DNA of 64,000 nucleotides from Bacteroides uniformis (GTDB lineage Bacteria; Bacillota_I; Bacilli_A; RFN20; CAG-826), in assembly GCA_963641445.1 (NCBI GenBank), contig CAVIBR010000008.1, positions 4,282 to 68,281 of the forward strand, read 5' to 3'. Shown piece by piece: positions 29,121 to 38,447 of the stretch (its first letter is position 1; every line of letters begins with the position of its first letter). The position numbers and the translations under genes were made by a program. The notes under the pieces are model-generated. The model had not been told where the DNA came from and searched no databases. It worked only from the letters and a program-made list of their open reading frames with translations.

Positions 29121-30542
29121 ATGATAGGCAGAGAAAAAGAAGTAAATGAGTTACTAGATTTATACAATGATTCTAGGGCGGAGTTAGTCGCCGTTTATGG
29201 CAGAAGAAGAGTTGGTAAAACGTTTTTAATCAACCAAACATTTAAAGACAAATTTACTTTTAAACATACCGCTTTATCCCCGGATGGCAATGAAGATGAA
29301 ACAATAGCATTACAATTAGAAAGTTTTTATAGCAGTTTAGTTAAATATGGTTTAGAAGAAACTAAGAAGCCTTCCACTTGGTTCGAAGCATTTGATTTGT
29401 TAGAGAAATTGCTTATCAAGAAAGATAACGGATCTAGGCAAGTTGTATTTTTCGATGAATTACCTTGGCTGGATACTACGAAATCATATTTTATAAAAGC
29501 ATTTGAGTCTTTTTGGAATTCATTTGGCTGCGATAGAGAGAATTTGATGCTGATTGTTTGTGGAAGTGCCAATTCTTGGATTCAAAACAATTTGATTAAC
29601 AATCATGGTGGTTTGTATGGACGTGTCACATATGAGATAAAACTTAGCGCTTTTAATTTAAAAGAGACAGAAGAATATCTAAGGTCCAACGGAATCCTTT
29701 TATCAAGATATGATATTGCAACCGCATATATGATAATGGGGGGAATACCTTATTATTTAGGATATCTCAAAAAAGGAAAAAGTCTTCCTCAGAATATCGA
29801 TGATATTTTCTTCAAGAAAGATGGACAATTATCGTTGGAATTTGATAGATTATTTCAATCATGTTTTGAAAATCCTGATTTTGCAAAGAAACTTGTTATT
29901 TTGCTAAATGAAAGAAAAATCGGATTAACGAGAAATGAAATTGTTGAAAAGCTATCTATTGGTGATGGAGGAAATTTAACAAAAGTTCTTAATTCATTAA
30001 TCTCTAGCGATTTTGTAATTAAATATATTCCATTTGGGACTAAATCAAAAATAAGCTATTACAAATTGATTGACCCATTTTGTATCTTTTATCTGAAATT
30101 TAAATACGAGAAAAGTCCAAGCGAAAGTTATTGGTCCGATAACGATACAAACTCCCAACTTAATTCATGGAAGGGACTAGCTTTTGAAAATGTCTGTTTC
30201 AATCATATAAACCAAATCAAAGATGCGTTAAGAGTTGGTGGAGTGGCAAGCAAAGAATCACCTTGGTATTTCAAAGGTATTGACAACAACGGACAAGTTG
30301 ATTTGGTTATTGAAAGAAATGATAATGTCGTAAATCTTTGCGAGATTAAATTCTATCAATATGATTTTTCCGTTGATCTGAATTATTACAAAAAATTAAA
30401 TTTAAGAATAGAAGCGGCTAGACCATATGTTTCTAAGAGAACTTGCATTTTCAATACTTTGATTACGACTTATGGGTTGCATCAAAATGAGTACAGCAAT
30501 GTTTTCCAAAACGTGATAACTCTTGATGCTCTATTTGAGTAG
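29121..30542 (+). CDS. ATPase of a second family (Arch_ATPase/DUF234-like), paralog 1
   Basis: N-terminus MIGREKEVNELLDLY...VYGRRRVGKTFLI. Confidence 0.8.
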   Translation: MIGREKEVNELLDLYNDSRAELVAVYGRRRVGKTFLINQTFKDKFTFKHTALSPDGNEDETIALQLESFYSSLVKYGLEETKKPSTWFEAFDLLEKLLIKKDNGSRQVVFFDELPWLDTTKSYFIKAFESFWNSFGCDRENLMLIVCGSANSWIQNNLINNHGGLYGRVTYEIKLSAFNLKETEEYLRSNGILLSRYDIATAYMIMGGIPYYLGYLKKGKSLPQNIDDIFFKKDGQLSLEFDRLFQSCFENPDFAKKLVILLNERKIGLTRNEIVEKLSIGDGGNLTKVLNSLISSDFVIKYIPFGTKSKISYYKLIDPFCIFYLKFKYEKSPSESYWSDNDTNSQLNSWKGLAFENVCFNHINQIKDALRVGGVASKESPWYFKGIDNNGQVDLVIERNDNVVNLCEIKFYQYDFSVDLNYYKKLNLRIEAARPYVSKRTCIFNTLITTYGLHQNEYSNVFQNVITLDALFE

Positions 30543-30580
30543 AAGATATTTCATTTATTTCCTTTATATATCAATAAACT

Positions 30581-30615
30581 AGAGCGAAAAACACTATAAT
30601 TGATACGATTTCGCT
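30581..30615 (+). repeat. Hairpin family 1, downstream copy
   Basis: agagcgaaaaacactataattgatacgatttcgct. Confidence 0.8.
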
Positions 30616-31031
30616 TTAGCTTATTTTCTATTGACATAATTATCTATATGAATGAGGGGTTTGTTTTCGCTTTCTAATAGATAATTAATATCCTATTTAT
30701 ATACAAAGATATAGATAACTAAATAATGGATATTCATAATTTTTTTGATCTATACGCAAAAGATACTGGAGTAAACATTTTTTATATAAAATGAAACTAC
30801 TGTAATCTCCATTCTTACAAAAAGTCCCTATTTTCCTAGGTTTCCTATTTATATAAAGATATTTATAGGATTACAAGAAAACAAAATATGTTTCATATAA
30901 AAATAGTAAAAGTAACAAAAATATAAAAAATATTACATTTTCTCTTGCAATGGTTACAAAAGGGTGTATTATATAGCCAAGAGATACAAAGCAGTTGAAC
31001 TTGTAACTCTTAGAAAAGTGAGGCAAAACTT

Positions 31032-32687
31032 ATGAAAAAGAAAAAATTACTCCTAACTGCATTGGTTCCTGCCACTTTATTTGGCATGGCCTCATGCGGT
31101 AACAACAACACCAGCTCAGATACAACTGAGAATTCAAATACTTCGGAATACAAAGAAGAAGACACATCCTTCGATAACTCCTTCTTACTAACATCCGGAG
31201 GCAACCGTCGCTTATCCGCAGAACCATTCATTGATGACGCGACACAGCAAATTATCGATGCGTTAATTTCTAAGGGTGGCGATCTTATCACCGGAGGTAT
31301 TACAACCTATGGTAAGACTGTCGTCATTAATCTTCTTAAAGAATGTGGAATTGACTTCAGAGACGCAACAGCTAAGACTCTTGATAAAATCCAAGAACAA
31401 CTTGGCGCCATCCAAGAGAAGATCACCGCTTTAGCGGAACAAGAAAATCAACACCATTCTGAAGAAATCCTTAACCCAGTTCTTAAACTTGTTAAGAAAG
31501 GTTCCCATTATAGCACCTACTTCGTTGTAAATGGCTTATGTGACTTAGTTGAGCTTGAAACGGATTCCACTTTAACCGAAGATCAAGTTGAAGCGGCAAG
31601 AAAACAATACTATACAGACGCAATCAGCAAACTCTTTATCGATGGTAAGCCATTCGCTGACTTCGTTACTGAAATAGCTGAAGCAGTTCTTACGCCAAAC
31701 GGCGCTGACTTATCAAAAGATATCTTCTATTACTATGATGAAACACTTGGCGTATACGATACCTGGTCAACATTGAAGATCCAAAACATCCAGAACTTCG
31801 CAGCCTATATCGATAGCGTTCTTGTCTCTTGTGCAAACATCGCTAAATTCCAGATGTATTATTACACCCAAGATATGGGCGATATCGCTAAGAAGAGCTA
31901 TGCGAAGATGATTGATACGATGGCCACTTCGATTAACGCCGTTAACGAAAAATTCAAAAAGACTCTTGAATCCCTTCAACCTCTTATCGAAAAGAGAGAC
32001 AAAGGCATTGTCACCTATATGAAGAGTGGCAAAGACTATTCAAGACGTATGGCAACCTTAACATATGACATCAATGATAAGGTTGGAGATAACGATTCTC
32101 GCCAAGGATTAATCAAAGACTTCCACCAATATGAAGATGGCAGAAGGGGTAACTTACTCCGTTACGCCTTACAATATGTGCCAGATACGACATTCGTTGC
32201 ACAAGTTGCAGCAGACTTCAAAACATATTCTCAAGCCTTCTATACACCTGATTACACGCTTATCGATTACTTGAAATATGCTGGATTCTATGCGGTAAAC
32301 CAAGATCTATTCGATAAATCACTTGGCTTGTATAACGCTAACATGTATGCCGATGGATATGGCTGGTATGGTGAAGACTATGACTATTGCGGTACATATT
32401 ACGACACACATGGCGATTATAAGAGAAAGGTTAACTACAGAGTTGCATCCTACCATAACTGGAATGGTAACCCCGTAAGGACAAGACTTGATAACGTTGA
32501 TGCTGGTAACTACTATCTCTGCTTCGCAACTCCTAGTGGAGATAAGCAAGTATTAGATGGCAAATACAGCCTTGTCTATATGAAAGATGAACTCTACACA
32601 GTTCAAAAAGCATCCTTCTTCGATGAATATTACGATGATGTTTATGACAACAACAAGACTGGTTGGTATTTACATGATTGCTGGTAA
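31032..32687 (+). CDS. Large lipoprotein (lipobox GMASCG), function unknown
   Basis: MKKKKLLLTALVPATLFGMASCGNNNT. Confidence 0.65.
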   Translation: MKKKKLLLTALVPATLFGMASCGNNNTSSDTTENSNTSEYKEEDTSFDNSFLLTSGGNRRLSAEPFIDDATQQIIDALISKGGDLITGGITTYGKTVVINLLKECGIDFRDATAKTLDKIQEQLGAIQEKITALAEQENQHHSEEILNPVLKLVKKGSHYSTYFVVNGLCDLVELETDSTLTEDQVEAARKQYYTDAISKLFIDGKPFADFVTEIAEAVLTPNGADLSKDIFYYYDETLGVYDTWSTLKIQNIQNFAAYIDSVLVSCANIAKFQMYYYTQDMGDIAKKSYAKMIDTMATSINAVNEKFKKTLESLQPLIEKRDKGIVTYMKSGKDYSRRMATLTYDINDKVGDNDSRQGLIKDFHQYEDGRRGNLLRYALQYVPDTTFVAQVAADFKTYSQAFYTPDYTLIDYLKYAGFYAVNQDLFDKSLGLYNANMYADGYGWYGEDYDYCGTYYDTHGDYKRKVNYRVASYHNWNGNPVRTRLDNVDAGNYYLCFATPSGDKQVLDGKYSLVYMKDELYTVQKASFFDEYYDDVYDNNKTGWYLHDCW

Positions 32688-32704
32688 GCACTAAGCAGAG
32701 TCTT

Positions 32705-32741
32705 AGAGGAACTAAAGAGAAATCTTAGTTCCTCTTTTTTG
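32705..32741 (+). terminator. Rho-independent terminator
   Basis: agaggaactaa-agagaaatc-ttagttcctct + tttttt. Confidence 0.75.
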
Positions 32742-33095
32742 TGCTAGAAAATCCAAATATCATATGCAAAACCCATCTAAAACTTCATTTCTAGAAATAT
32801 TAAATTCTTTTTGAACGTTACATAAATAATGTTACAAACGTCAATATGATATTATTCGCATCTCTAGCAAAAAGATGCTTAGCAATACGTATTTTTCTTC
32901 CTCTTGTATCTTAAGGATGAACCAATCTTAGAGAAATATCTAAATTAATGATGAAAATAGGAACAAATGTTCGATTAGATATGGGTCTCACTTAGACATC
33001 CTTAAGAATATAAGATTATTCTGGGAGGTGTTCGATATTAGAAATAAGAGAATTAGAAAGAAGAATACGAGTCTAGAAATTAAGGAGGAAAAAGA

Positions 33096-33728
33096 ATGAG
33101 TGTTGTTGTGGCGATAAAAGAAAATGGAAAGGTTTATATGGGTTGCGATTCCCAAGTTACTTGTGGAACGACCAAAAGCACTCTAAGCAATCCTAACAAC
33201 TTTAAGATGTGGAAAGTCAAAGGAGTTGATAATTGCCTTATGGCAAGCGTTGGGGACGTAAGAAATGCTTGCGTGATAAGAACAATAGAAGATCTTGTTA
33301 CCGAATACGATGCCTATAAAGGACGTATTTGTTATGAGTTTGTTGTGAATAGGATTCTTCCTACAATCATTGAACGTCTTCAAGATGCTAATTATCTAAA
33401 AAGAGATGAAGTCTTTAGAGATTTAGGCTCAAGCATCTTGTTTGCCTATAAAGATCAGCTATATGAGATCTGTTACGATGGGTCGGTGTTTGAAATTGAT
33501 GGCTGCGTAGCGCTTGGAAGTGGAATGAAACAAGCTCTTGGAAGCATGATTGAAAGAGAAGGGGAAGATCCAAAAACAAGGATCGTCAAAGCAATCAAAT
33601 CAAGCATGTCTGATATCTATGTCGATTATCCGATAATCTTATCTGATACGGAAACAACAGAATTTAATATAATCGCTAAGGAAAACGAAACAGATTACCT
33701 TAAATCCATCGAAGGTCAAACTAGATGA
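33096..33728 (+). CDS. HslV-like / proteasome-beta-like Ntn hydrolase (peptidase T1 family)
   Basis: MSVVVAIKENGKVYMGCDSQVTCG compares to HslV [23 protein letters not shown], and CVALGSGMKQALG to AIGSGGPYAQAA. The predicted N-terminal nucleophile is Ser2 rather than Thr. Strong RBS. Confidence 0.6.
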   Translation: MSVVVAIKENGKVYMGCDSQVTCGTTKSTLSNPNNFKMWKVKGVDNCLMASVGDVRNACVIRTIEDLVTEYDAYKGRICYEFVVNRILPTIIERLQDANYLKRDEVFRDLGSSILFAYKDQLYEICYDGSVFEIDGCVALGSGMKQALGSMIEREGEDPKTRIVKAIKSSMSDIYVDYPIILSDTETTEFNIIAKENETDYLKSIEGQTR

Positions 33729-33855
33729 AGTTCTTAGGACATATTTTATCTGGCTTGTCCTAGTTTCTTTAGGATATGTCATTTGCTATTTTGGTTGGTT
33801 AAATACGCTAATTAGATGGATTGAAAATTTAGACCATTAATTAAGGAGAATTTGA

Positions 33856-35148
33856 ATGGAAAAATATACTTTAGATAATTTTGGTGGATATGAAGAAGAA
33901 AAGATTGAAGCGGAGAAAATAATCAATTTCTTAAAAAATTATGATTATTACGTCTCACAAGGGGCGTATCTTCCTAAAGGGATGCTCATATACGGTCAAC
34001 CAGGAACAGGAAAGACGATGTTATCGAAGATCATCTCTAGCGAAGCAAACGTTCCTCTTGTCACTCTAGATTTGAAGAATTCTGCTAACTTCAATTTGAT
34101 TGACGCGATAAATAAGGTCTTTGATCAAGCGCTTAGCAAGACTCCATCCGTCTTATTGCTTGATGAGATTGATCAAACCGTTAAGATGAGAAGATACGGT
34201 GATGCGACCGATAGAGAGAATGATGTTCTTAGAACATTGCTAACAAGAATTGATGGAATCAATACCTCTGATGGGGTATTTATCATTGCAACATCAAACG
34301 TTTCCTCGGTTGAAGAATGTGACCAAGCCTTAACTAGACAAGGAAGAATTGAAAAATACATCAGCCTACATTTACCGAATATCGATGAAAGAAAAGAAAT
34401 TCTAAAAATCTATCTCAATAAGAATCACATATTCGATGATGTCAATGTTGCTACACTTGCTAAACGTACAAAAGGGTTTAGTGGATCATCAATTAAATCC
34501 TTGATCAATTCCGTCTTGATATGGGCCTTAAATGAGAAAGTGGATAATGTTTCTACAGATGATTTCTATCAATATATCCAGCAAATATCTCATCGTGGAA
34601 TCAATAAGAAAAAGACTTCTGATACGGATTTAAAGGCTACGGCATATCATGAATTAGGACATTTCATCTGTGACTATATTCTAAATAAGAATATTGGAAC
34701 AATATCAATTGAAACATATGGTGAGACCGCTGGAGCATATAGACGCGTTCAAGACGAAGAAAGAGAAAATACTAGCTATACAGCCTTAAAGAATGAAATT
34801 ACTGTTGCCTTAGGAGGACTTGCTGCAGTTGAAGTGTATCTAGGAGAAAAATACACTGGAGCAGCAAGCGATATCAAAAAGGCTAGAGGCATATATGAAG
34901 AAATGCTTGATAATGGGATGCTCGGCCTAGATAGACTAAATGAAGCACCATTAAGATTGAGGTCAATTGCTGTACTTAGCTTATCTGAGGAATACCTATC
35001 TAGAGAAGGAAAATTCATGACTGAATGTTATCAGGCTGCAACGAACATTATTAAAGAAAACAAAGAAATAATTGATAAGCTCTATCCAATCTTAGTTAAG
35101 AATAAAATCATCTTCGAATCTAAGATTAATGAGATATTGAAGAAGTAG
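33856..35148 (+). CDS. Soluble FtsH-like AAA+ ATPase with M41 metallopeptidase domain (no TM or periplasmic region)
   Basis: Walker A GQPGTGKT, Walker B LLLDEID, second region of homology ATSNVSSVEECDQALTRQGRIEKYI. M41 zinc motif TAYHELGHF plus a TGAASDIKKAR block like FtsH TGASNDIKVAT. Confidence 0.75.
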   Translation: MEKYTLDNFGGYEEEKIEAEKIINFLKNYDYYVSQGAYLPKGMLIYGQPGTGKTMLSKIISSEANVPLVTLDLKNSANFNLIDAINKVFDQALSKTPSVLLLDEIDQTVKMRRYGDATDRENDVLRTLLTRIDGINTSDGVFIIATSNVSSVEECDQALTRQGRIEKYISLHLPNIDERKEILKIYLNKNHIFDDVNVATLAKRTKGFSGSSIKSLINSVLIWALNEKVDNVSTDDFYQYIQQISHRGINKKKTSDTDLKATAYHELGHFICDYILNKNIGTISIETYGETAGAYRRVQDEERENTSYTALKNEITVALGGLAAVEVYLGEKYTGAASDIKKARGIYEEMLDNGMLGLDRLNEAPLRLRSIAVLSLSEEYLSREGKFMTECYQAATNIIKENKEIIDKLYPILVKNKIIFESKINEILKK

Positions 35149-35519
35149 ATTACAGGTATCTCGTAGTGGGATGCCTTTTAATATTGGAAAAACGGATTGA
35201 TTCTTTTTGATTTCGAATGGGATATTTGGATTGCCTAAAAGGTTATTCAATCTAGAGGAAATAGGTGCAAAGAGTTTCTTAAGGCGAAAGAAACATTATA
35301 ATGAAGAACCAGTCAATGAAAGTAAAAACATTCATCTTAGCAAAAATGTTTGGACGGCTTGTTAGAGAATAAGCAGATGTGCTTATCAAAAAGATGAATA
35401 AAGAAAAAACTACAGAAGTGATTAACAAGAGAATTTTCATCGTAGATTAGCAAAATAATAAAGCTTCACATATGTTTTTTGGATTTTTGAGCAATAAATT
35501 CTTTAAGTGGAATTTTTAT

Positions 35520-35640
35520 TTTTGGCGGAAAGTGTCAAAAAAAATTGAGTTTCCGCCAAAAATGTTTAGAATTTTTTCTTATTTTTATGATAAGATAATT
35601 GGCGGAAAGTACTAAAAAAATTGAGTTTCCGCCAAAAATG
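35520..35640 (+). repeat. Two copies of hairpin family 2 (ttttggcggaaa - 18 nt loop - tttccgccaaaa); the second abuts the RBS
   Basis: Copies at 35520-35564 and 35598-35640. Confidence 0.8.
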
Positions 35641-35652
35641 GAGGTTTAAAGT

Positions 35653-37071
35653 ATGATTATCGGAAGAGAAAAAGAAGTCAATATCTTGCAAGAAAATTAT
35701 AAGTCGGATGGATCATCATTTATTGCAGTTTATGGCAGAAGAAGAATTGGTAAAACTTTTCTTATCAATGAAACTTTGGGCGATAAAATTCTTTTTAGGC
35801 ATGCAGGCATTTATGGTGGCACTTGCAAACAGCAAATAAAGTCTTTCATGAAATCTCTTGCTGAATATGGATATGCTCCCCAAGACAACGTTAAGGATTG
35901 GTTTGACGCTTTCGAAGAATTGAAAAATTATATAAAGTCTTCCAATGAAAGCAAAAAGGTTTTGTTTTTTGATGAAATCGCTTGGATGTATACGAAAAAA
36001 TCTGATTTCGTTCGTGCATTAGAATATTTCTGGAATAGCTGGGCAAGTGCTAGAAAAGATATTATGTTAGTGATTTGCTCTTCTGCAACATCTTGGATAA
36101 TCAACAATATAGTTCATAGCAAAGGCGGTTTATATAATAGGATTACGGCACAAATATATTTAGAACCATTTACATTGAATGAGTGTGAAAAATATTGTGC
36201 ATACAAGAATTTAGCTTTGACTCGTAAACAAATAATTGAAACCTATATGGTTATTGGTGGTGTTCCATATTATTGGAATTATCTAAAAAAAGGAGAATCA
36301 GTTGCTAAATTTATTGATAACAATTTCTTTGCTAACAATTCTCCATTAAGTGATGAACTGAAATATATATTTTCTTCTTTGTTTTCTTCGCCTGAAGCTT
36401 ATTTAAAAATCATTGAGGCGTTATCAGAGAAAAAATATGGCTTAACTAGGCAAGAAATTCTAATTGAAACAAAGCAGGATGAAAACGGCAATTTCTCACA
36501 AAAAATAGAAGATTTAGTAAACTGCGGATTTATAAGAGAGTATTCATCTTTCAAATCGAAAAAGAAAGAAGTACTTTACCAATTGATTGATCCTTTTACC
36601 ATTTTCCATTTTCATTTTTTGAAGAAAAGAGTGAATGATGAGAATTTTTGGGCAAATCAAATAAATTCTCCTACTATAAACGCATGGAAAGGCCTTGCTT
36701 TTGAAAGAATCTGCCTGTTGCATCTAAATAGTATTAAGAAAGCAATGGGAATATTTGGAGTATATACATCAGTTTATCCTTTTTCATGCAAGCAAAATGA
36801 GGAGAAGAACATATTCGGATCTCAAATTGATATGGTTTTAGAAAGAAAAGACGATATTGTGAATCTTTTTAAAATTAAATATTATGATGAGCCTTTCTCA
36901 TTAACTAAAAAGCATCTTGAATTATTTTCAAGGAAAAAACATGATTTTGTGGAAGTTACAAAAACCAAATCATCTATTCATTTATCTTTGATTTCATTGA
37001 ATGGCGTAGTTGAAAACGAGTATCTTAATGAGATTCAAACCGTTCTTAACGAAGATGATTTGTTCTTATAA
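35653..37071 (+). CDS. ATPase of a second family (Arch_ATPase/DUF234-like), paralog 2
   Basis: MIIGREKEVNILQENY...VYGRRRIGKTFLI. Confidence 0.8.
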   Translation: MIIGREKEVNILQENYKSDGSSFIAVYGRRRIGKTFLINETLGDKILFRHAGIYGGTCKQQIKSFMKSLAEYGYAPQDNVKDWFDAFEELKNYIKSSNESKKVLFFDEIAWMYTKKSDFVRALEYFWNSWASARKDIMLVICSSATSWIINNIVHSKGGLYNRITAQIYLEPFTLNECEKYCAYKNLALTRKQIIETYMVIGGVPYYWNYLKKGESVAKFIDNNFFANNSPLSDELKYIFSSLFSSPEAYLKIIEALSEKKYGLTRQEILIETKQDENGNFSQKIEDLVNCGFIREYSSFKSKKKEVLYQLIDPFTIFHFHFLKKRVNDENFWANQINSPTINAWKGLAFERICLLHLNSIKKAMGIFGVYTSVYPFSCKQNEEKNIFGSQIDMVLERKDDIVNLFKIKYYDEPFSLTKKHLELFSRKKHDFVEVTKTKSSIHLSLISLNGVVENEYLNEIQTVLNEDDLFL

Positions 37072-37091
37072 ATTGTAGCTTTTTAATTATT

Positions 37092-37134
37092 TTTGGCGGA
37101 AAGTGCCTAAAAAATTGAGTTTCCGCCAAAAATG
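37092..37134 (+). repeat. Hairpin family 2, downstream copy
   Basis: ttttggcggaaagtgcctaaaaaattgagtttccgccaaaaatg. Confidence 0.8.
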
Positions 37135-37443
37135 TTAAAAATATCAATCAAAAACAAAGTTAAAATAAAGTATTTATCGAATTCTTTTGTTACCTATTTT
37201 TCACACCAACAAATTGTTGTTTTAACGCATTATAACGATGACTGTTTTGAAAAATGATAACAAATGATAACAAATGACAACAAATTTGACATAATACTCT
37301 AAGCAAGGAGGCTTATATGATAGGGAATTATACAATAGCCCATTCAATGTATCGTATGCGAACAACCAAAATGCTTTATTCCAAGAAAAGGCGAATTTGA
37401 AGAAATAAGAACTGTTTTTTCATCTGATGACCCTAGGACAAAA

Positions 37444-38376
37444 GTGTTTCTTATTGGTGGGTCTAGAGGATGTGGGAAGACCGTTTTACTTTCTCAACTC
37501 AAAGAACATTTCGATAAAAGTGATGATTGGGTTTGCGTTGATTTAAATCCGTTTTTAGATATGTTTGAACAACTTGCCTCTAAACTCTACTCGGAAGGAA
37601 AACTTAAACATCTATTTTTGAAAAGTGAATTTTCTATTTCTTTCAAGGGCATTTCCTTTTCTCTTTCTGGAGAGAATCCAGTTACTGATGCATCCTCATT
37701 AATAAAGGCGATGTTGCAGTATTTAAAAAAGAAAGGGAAACGTGTCTTGATAACTATTGATGATATATCAGGAAATTCTGAAGCAAAGGCTTTCTTCCAA
37801 GGCTACCAATCGTTCATTAGAGAGAAGTTTGATATCTTTCTCCTTATGACTGGTTTATATGAAAATGTATCTAATATTGTTAACGATAAAAGTCTAACCT
37901 TCCTTCTAAGGACTCCTAACATATACTTATCAAAGTTAAACGTTAGGGGGATTAGCCTTTCATATCAAAACCAGTTGGGCGTTGGCTTTGACAAGGCTTT
38001 AGAATTCGCAAAGCTTACTAAGGGCTACGCCTATGCATATCAATTACTTGGCGACCTTTTATACCGCACTGACAAAAAAATTACTGAAGAAATTCTTCAA
38101 TCTTTTGATTCTACATTAGAAGATAACGTATATAACAAGATTTGGAGCTCTTTATCTAAGAATCAAAAAACGATATGTTATGCGTTGTCTTCATTAAATA
38201 AAAAAGAAGTTAAAGAACTAATTGATTCAACTGGCTTCTCTAATTCGATGATTCAAGTATACAAAAAGAGAATGTATTTAGTGGGTATATTAGATTTATC
38301 AACTAGAGGAGAAATAGATTTTTCTTTGCCTAGATTTAAAGAATTTGTTAAATTTCAAAAAGCGTTAGAAGAATAA
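37444..38376 (+). CDS. Divergent P-loop ATPase paralog with no canonical start; possible pseudogene
   Basis: GGSRGCGKT. The frame is open back to 37339 with no ATG. The ORF track begins at a GTG. Confidence 0.4.
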   Translation: MFLIGGSRGCGKTVLLSQLKEHFDKSDDWVCVDLNPFLDMFEQLASKLYSEGKLKHLFLKSEFSISFKGISFSLSGENPVTDASSLIKAMLQYLKKKGKRVLITIDDISGNSEAKAFFQGYQSFIREKFDIFLLMTGLYENVSNIVNDKSLTFLLRTPNIYLSKLNVRGISLSYQNQLGVGFDKALEFAKLTKGYAYAYQLLGDLLYRTDKKITEEILQSFDSTLEDNVYNKIWSSLSKNQKTICYALSSLNKKEVKELIDSTGFSNSMIQVYKKRMYLVGILDLSTRGEIDFSLPRFKEFVKFQKALEE

Positions 38377-38447
38377 AATCATTTCTTAAAATTCAAATAT
38401 TGCATGCAAAACCCCTTTCTTTTCATGGAAAGGGGTGATTTTAGTTC

